Source: Bdellovibrionota bacterium (lineage in GTDB: Bacteria; Bdellovibrionota_C; UBA2361; OMIW01). From it: 32,671 nucleotides of DNA. Within the stretch, counting starts at the first letter, position 1. Every line of letters begins with the position of its first letter. This document shows, piece by piece, positions 27,632 to 32,671 of this stretch. The stretch spans positions 1 to 32,671 of the forward strand of contig JBIJBT010000027.1 of the NCBI GenBank assembly GCA_044345055.1, in the 5' to 3' direction. The notes beneath the pieces were generated by a model, which was given only the letters and a program-made list of their open reading frames with translations, made no database searches and was not told where the DNA came from. A program made the position numbers and the translations under genes.

Positions 27632-30228
27632 CAGGAAGTTCCGTGTTGAGGATTGGTTCAGTTGTAAATAGCGATGATCAGCATTCGGTTCAGGATGAAG
27701 TATCCTCCGGTGAGCGAGTGCTAGAGGGGCTTAACTCGCAATTTCGGGTGGTCGGCGGGTATCGGATGCATTACCTCGATGAGGGGAGCGGTCCCGTCGT
27801 CGTTATGGTTCATGGTAATCCGACTTGGTGCTACCTATACCGAAACCTGGCGAAGGCGTTGCGGGATTCCTTTCGCGTCATCGTTCCAGATCACCTCGGT
27901 TGCGGCCTCTCTGAGCGTACACCGGGACACCCCTTTAGAGCTCGTGATCGAGTAGACCATCTTGAAGAGCTGCTCGACTCGCTAGGAATAAAGCGGTTTT
28001 CCCTCGTTATGCACGATTGGGGGGGGTCCATAGGCACCGCGCTTGCGCAGCGTCGGGTAGATGATGTCGACAAGCTTTTTTATTTCAACACAACTCTCGG
28101 CGAAATAGACGAATTACCTCGCATAATTCGTCTAGCTGCATCCCCTTTTATCGGGGAAATTCTGACAAAATACACCAAAACATTCATTCGATTAACGACC
28201 TCAATCGGTGCGTATCGAAAGCTATCGGATGAGGTGCGGCGGGGCTATGAAGCTCCCTACGAGACGGCATTAGCGCGTCAGGCAATTTGGGATTTTGTCT
28301 CCGATATTCCATTTTTCGCTGCGCATCCCTCTTTTGGTCAAAAACTCAACCTAGAGCAGGGTCTGGTGCAGTTGGCTAAGAAGCCGGTAAAAATTATGTG
28401 GGGGCTTAAAGATCCCTGTTTTCATCCCGGTTTTTTGAGAAAAATGCGGGGTTATTTTCCATTAGCTGATATTGAGGAGTTGCCGACTGCATCGCACCTT
28501 GTGCCAGAGGATGAACCTGAGCGTGCAGCGTCGGCAGTTCGGGAATTTTTGCAGCAGTCAGGTGTGGTGTCTCAGGCGGCACCCCAGCGCAGCACACTGT
28601 ATGGCGCTGTTAGGGCAGGGGTGGCTGCTCATAGTGATGCTGTCGCCATCGTGATGCCGGGTAAACAATCGGACAGTGCCACCGGATCAATTACCTTTGG
28701 TGCGCTCTGGCGGCTCGTTCAACAATATCGGCGTGGATTACTCTCGCGGGGAATGGTGACGGGAGATCGGGTATTGATGCTCGTTCCCCCGGGTATTGAT
28801 TTTATCGCCTTTACTCTTGCGATTTTGGGTAACGGCGGGACACCCGTTTTTGTTGATCCTGGAGTAGGAACTGAGAATCTGAAGCGGTGTATTGATAATG
28901 CGGGGGTTATAGGGGTTGTCTCAGTACCTCGCGCTATTCCGCTTAGAGCTGCCTGGTTTCGGCAGTTTCAGACTGTCCGTTATCATTGCATCGTATCTGA
29001 CGCGATCCCACTTCCGAGTACCTCTGGCGTGTTCCGCGCTCAGTTTGAATCGGATGAGTTTCCTGAAATAGAGCGCTCGACTGTTGAGATGATAGCTTAT
29101 ACCTCAGGTGGGACCGGTGTGCCAAAGGGAGTACTGTTTTCACCCGAAATGGTGAGTGAACAGTTAGAGATTTTCCGTTCAACATTTGGGTTCATGCCCG
29201 GCCAGGTCGATCTTCCTCTGTTGCCAGTATTCTCCCTCTTTGATGTTGCACTTGGAGTTACTGCAGTAATACCTCCGATAGATCCTGGAGCACCACTTGA
29301 TTTTGATCCCAATCGATTAGCGCAGGTCATCGATAAACATCAGGTCACATCGTCTTTTGGATCGCCGACCTTGTGGAAAAAACTTGCTGATTGGGCAAGA
29401 GGAATCGAAAAACGTTTCCCATCAATATCGCGGGTCTTTATCGCGGGTGCGCCGGTCAATGATGAGGTAATTGCAGCGGTTCGTTCTGTCGTGCCGAATG
29501 GCGAGGTGTATATTCCGTATGGAGCAACCGAGGCGCTGCCGGTATCGATTTTATCGGGTGCGGAAAGGATTGCGCTTCGAGATAAAAAGAAGCTCGAGGA
29601 ATCTCTTGATGGACAGCAGGGTCTGCCAATCGGGAAAACGGTTAAGGGGGTTTCAGTCCTGGTGATGCCTCTTGGCACTGCAGCGAGCGAATCCGAGTGG
29701 GGCTCTCCGTGCAAGCGCGGAGAGATCGGCGAGCTTTGGGTGTCGGGCGCGACGGTCAGTCTTGGATATCTCCATCGCGCAGGGGAAACTTGCTCGAAGC
29801 GGCTAGTCGATGGCACGTGGTGGCATGCGCTCGGAGATGTCGGATACTTGGGTCGCTCTGGAATGGCCTATTTTTGCGGTCGAATCGCGCATATCGTCAG
29901 TGGCTCGCGGCTTTGGTGCCCAATCCCCGTCGAGCGAATTGTTAATCAGGTAGAAGGTGTACGAAGGAGTGCATTGGTTCATCTTGGTGGGGGTAGGGCG
30001 GGGATCGTTATCGAGCCGCACGACCCGGCCGCCAATCTTGAAGGGACTAATCAGGGGGAGCTGCTAGAGAAAGTATCCTCTACACTCAAGGTAAATAAAT
30101 TGACCGCAGAGATTGATAAGCTCTTTGTCCATCCTTCGTTCCCGGTTGATGGAAGACACAACGCAAAAATTTTCCGAGATCGACTCTCTGTCTGGGCTCA
30201 AAATCACGGTCGTTCCGCGAAGGGGTAA
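27625..30228 (+). CDS. oleBC: Fused OleB (alpha/beta hydrolase, beta-lactone decarboxylase) and OleC (AMP-dependent beta-lactone synthetase)
   Basis: N-terminal HGNPTW, PDHLGCGLS, HDWGG, WGLKD, SHLVPED; C-terminal YTSGGTGVPKG, PYGATEALPV, GDVGY, FPVDGRHNAKIFR. Exact start uncertain. Confidence 0.9.
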   Translation: MVAGSSVLRIGSVVNSDDQHSVQDEVSSGERVLEGLNSQFRVVGGYRMHYLDEGSGPVVVMVHGNPTWCYLYRNLAKALRDSFRVIVPDHLGCGLSERTPGHPFRARDRVDHLEELLDSLGIKRFSLVMHDWGGSIGTALAQRRVDDVDKLFYFNTTLGEIDELPRIIRLAASPFIGEILTKYTKTFIRLTTSIGAYRKLSDEVRRGYEAPYETALARQAIWDFVSDIPFFAAHPSFGQKLNLEQGLVQLAKKPVKIMWGLKDPCFHPGFLRKMRGYFPLADIEELPTASHLVPEDEPERAASAVREFLQQSGVVSQAAPQRSTLYGAVRAGVAAHSDAVAIVMPGKQSDSATGSITFGALWRLVQQYRRGLLSRGMVTGDRVLMLVPPGIDFIAFTLAILGNGGTPVFVDPGVGTENLKRCIDNAGVIGVVSVPRAIPLRAAWFRQFQTVRYHCIVSDAIPLPSTSGVFRAQFESDEFPEIERSTVEMIAYTSGGTGVPKGVLFSPEMVSEQLEIFRSTFGFMPGQVDLPLLPVFSLFDVALGVTAVIPPIDPGAPLDFDPNRLAQVIDKHQVTSSFGSPTLWKKLADWARGIEKRFPSISRVFIAGAPVNDEVIAAVRSVVPNGEVYIPYGATEALPVSILSGAERIALRDKKKLEESLDGQQGLPIGKTVKGVSVLVMPLGTAASESEWGSPCKRGEIGELWVSGATVSLGYLHRAGETCSKRLVDGTWWHALGDVGYLGRSGMAYFCGRIAHIVSGSRLWCPIPVERIVNQVEGVRRSALVHLGGGRAGIVIEPHDPAANLEGTNQGELLEKVSSTLKVNKLTAEIDKLFVHPSFPVDGRHNAKIFRDRLSVWAQNHGRSAKG

Positions 30229-31253
30229 TGGTGATGAAAGAGAGTGAGTTGCCCCTTGGAGAGGGAAAGCGAGTGGTCGTCACGGGAGGGAGCGGTTTTG
30301 TAGGAAAAGCTCTTTGCCGAGCTCTCCGACGGGCGGGATTTGAGGTCCTCTCTTTATCCCGCAGACCAGTACCCGAGCTTGAAGCAGAGGGAGTGCGGTC
30401 TTTTTGTGGCGATCTGACAAGAGAAGATTTTCCCTTTGACGAGCTTCTTGCTGGAGTTTATGCGATATTTCATACAGCCGCGCACGTTCAGATGTGGGGG
30501 CGGTATGAGGAATTTTACCGGGTAAATGTTGAGGCGACTCGCAGACTTCTCGATGCTTGCGAACGGGTTGGGTGTGATTTTTTTATCTTCACGAGCTCGC
30601 CGAGTGTGGTGGCTCATGATGGCGATCTGCGCGGAGTTGATGAGCTTACCCCTTATCCACCTAGCTATCGTGCGTATTACCCAGCAACCAAAGCCCAGGC
30701 AGAGCAAGAAGTTCTCAATCGTGGTAGGAACGGTAAATTAAAAACGGTTTCTCTTCGCCCCCATCTTATCTTTGGTCCCGGTGATAACAATTTACTCCCC
30801 ACAATTATTCAACGAGCGCGCAATGGACGATTTCCGATCGTCGGCCGAGGGGCAAATCTTGTCGATGTTACCTTCATAGATGATTGCGTCGAAGCCCACC
30901 TCTGTGCGCTGCGGGCACTCGAGAGAGATCCAACGGTTTCGGGTGAGCCCTTTTTCATCTCTCAGGGTGAGCCTGTCGGATTATGGGCTTTTATTGATGA
31001 GGTGCTCGCGAGATCGGGTATTAATCGACTAACACGACGAGTCGATCATCGATTGGCATTTTTTATTGCCGCGCTGCTAGAGCGAATATGCCGCATTCTG
31101 CCAAACAAACCCGAACCTCCCCTTACCACATTTCTTGTTAAAGAGATGAGCTCCGACCACTACTTCAGTATCGCGCGCGCGAGAGAAAGGTTAGGTTTTT
31201 CTCCGCAATTCTCAGTAAGTCAGGCGCTTGATGCGACATTTGGCGCACGATAG
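30228..31253 (+). CDS. oleD: OleD 2-alkyl-3-oxoalkanoate reductase (NAD(P)-dependent 3-beta-HSD-like SDR)
   Basis: VTGGSGFVG, FHTAA, TSSPSVV, YPATKA, LRPHLIFGPGD; last gene of the ole cluster. Confidence 0.9.
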   Translation: MVMKESELPLGEGKRVVVTGGSGFVGKALCRALRRAGFEVLSLSRRPVPELEAEGVRSFCGDLTREDFPFDELLAGVYAIFHTAAHVQMWGRYEEFYRVNVEATRRLLDACERVGCDFFIFTSSPSVVAHDGDLRGVDELTPYPPSYRAYYPATKAQAEQEVLNRGRNGKLKTVSLRPHLIFGPGDNNLLPTIIQRARNGRFPIVGRGANLVDVTFIDDCVEAHLCALRALERDPTVSGEPFFISQGEPVGLWAFIDEVLARSGINRLTRRVDHRLAFFIAALLERICRILPNKPEPPLTTFLVKEMSSDHYFSIARARERLGFSPQFSVSQALDATFGAR

Positions 31254-31283
31254 TCTTTCTTGCAAGTTCCATCAGTGATCGAT

Positions 31284-31330
31284 TTTTTAGCGGGATCTCC
31301 GTCTTGGATCAATAAATATTCCGCTAAAAA
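31284..31330. terminator. Possible bidirectional terminator between oleD and the convergent SBBP gene
   Basis: TTTTTAGCGG ... CCGCTAAAAA inverted repeat with a large loop. Confidence 0.4.
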
Positions 31331-31360
31331 GTCATTTAATATATTTTCGGGGTCAATTTA

Positions 31361-32556
31361 TTAAGCTTGCGCACTGAGCGCAGAGATAAATGAAGATCTG
31401 GTTTCCCACTTCTTTCGCACCTGTGCTTCTTTTATTTTTTGAGCAGGTTTAATTAAATTCTGAGCCGTTGAAGCCATACTTTTATACTCTTCATTTGTCA
31501 CAATCTTAACTGCCGCTCTATCTGATGCGACCTGTTGGATTTGGGAGACGTTTGAAAGGTAGGAGTTGGCTATAGCGGAGCGCTTCGCGGCATAGCCCGT
31601 CTTAGTAATCCTTGCGTCGAGATCTTTTATTGAAGCATCAAGATAAGCAACAGAAGCCGATGTAGTTTCAGAAGAGAAAAAATCTACATTTTGATAAGGC
31701 TTAATTACCTGTTTATCTTTTAATAAGCCGAGTGACTCCGGATTAATTTTTGATATGAAAAAAGATTTGCCAAAACTAATACTCGTGCTAAGCACTACTT
31801 TGGCTCCACCCGCCAGGAATATGCTTCCATCTGATGCCGTTCCAATAGTCCAGCTCACGCCATCGTCTACCGATGTGCCAAAAACATTCGACCAAATTCG
31901 GGAGCCATCATCCTTGAATTTAGTCAAAAAAATATCAGCTCCACCGATACTCGTCTGATTATCAAGTCCGCCCTTCGTGGTGCCGGTAACATAGATATAC
32001 CCATCTTTCCCAATCGTTACTCCTCTGGCTTCATTCCTAAGATTATTGCCGAATAGTTTAGTCCACTGAGTTGTACCATCCTGAGACATTTTTATTAGAA
32101 AAGCATCACGTTCTCCGATATTTGTCTGACCATTGATATTCGAGCCGGTATAGCCGGCAATGTATAGGGAACCGTCTTTTCCGGCAGCAATGTCCCACGC
32201 TATCTCCTCAGAAGGGCCGTTGATCTGACGGGTCCAGATGCGATTGCCAGCTGTATCATACCTGGTAACAAAGGCATCTCCCCAGCCTCCATATGTCTGA
32301 CCATCAATCGAGCCATTCGTATCGCCAACAACGAATATACCACCGGTCGGATCGGTTACCATCTGGAGGGAGAGGTCGCTCCGGGTACTTCCAAAGGTTC
32401 TTGTCCACAGCTTGTTTCCCTGTGCATCGAAGCTTGCGACAAACGCATCGCCTCCACCAAAGTTGGTCTGACCATCAAGTCCTCCGGCAGTGGATCCGGT
32501 AACATAAACATTTCCATCGGACCCAACTGAAACACCATAGATTGTGTCAGTTCGAT
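31361..32556 (-). pseudogene. SBBP beta-propeller repeat protein with flagellin-like helical C-terminus; 5' end disrupted
   Basis: Repeats of DG.IY(V/I).G.T.G..DGQT..G..DAF...Y...G...WT. The frame continues upstream of the ORF-track ATG (32362) as RTDTIYGVSVGSDGNVYVTGSTAGGLDGQTNFGGGDAFVASFDAQGNKLWTRTFGST, then homology breaks near 32556; no in-frame ATG/GTG/TTG before the upstream TAG. Confidence 0.7.
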
Positions 32557-32671
32557 TGTTCCGATTAGACCGAAGTTCCCCGCCCCAACCAACATAACCC
32601 CCTAAAATCCGACACTAAATCCATATCCAAGTAGCGTTCTACTGTCTACAAAGTGACATTCAATAGCTGAA

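Noticed and set aside
32570..32591. tRNA 3'-end/att remnant (GTTCCCCGCCCCAACCA)
   Set aside because: Ends in CCA but lacks a proper T-arm (GTTCRA); too weak to call.

Overview
Bacterial chromosomal window of roughly balanced GC. The gene families suggest a deltaproteobacterial/Bdellovibrionota-like lineage (inference). Housekeeping and metabolic genes: a degenerate ribBA with an in-frame premature TAA, a di-haem cytochrome c peroxidase, gltA, an amidase, a CheY-like receiver, an orphan fliD with a sigma-54-like promoter, guaB, lysC, a secreted EEP nuclease/phosphatase, an APH-family kinase and a complete olefin cluster (oleA, fused oleBC, oleD). The main accessory feature is a ~8 kb minus-strand operon (5328-13240) encoding only the core of an F-type type IV secretion system (TraL-E-K-B-V-C order). 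It has two extra lipoproteins (one DotD/N0-like, one a second TraV-like) and a non-pilin secreted protein in the traA slot. No relaxase, coupling protein, pilin, TraW/U/N/F/H/G, integrase or att site is visible, so it is a candidate domesticated non-conjugative secretion system. Also present: a RAYT/Y1 HUH transposase followed by inverted and tandem repeats sharing an ATAGAG core, a ~90 nt intergenic hairpin, and a 5'-disrupted SBBP beta-propeller gene with a flagellin-like C-terminus. All family assignments come from motif recognition by eye; no searches were run.
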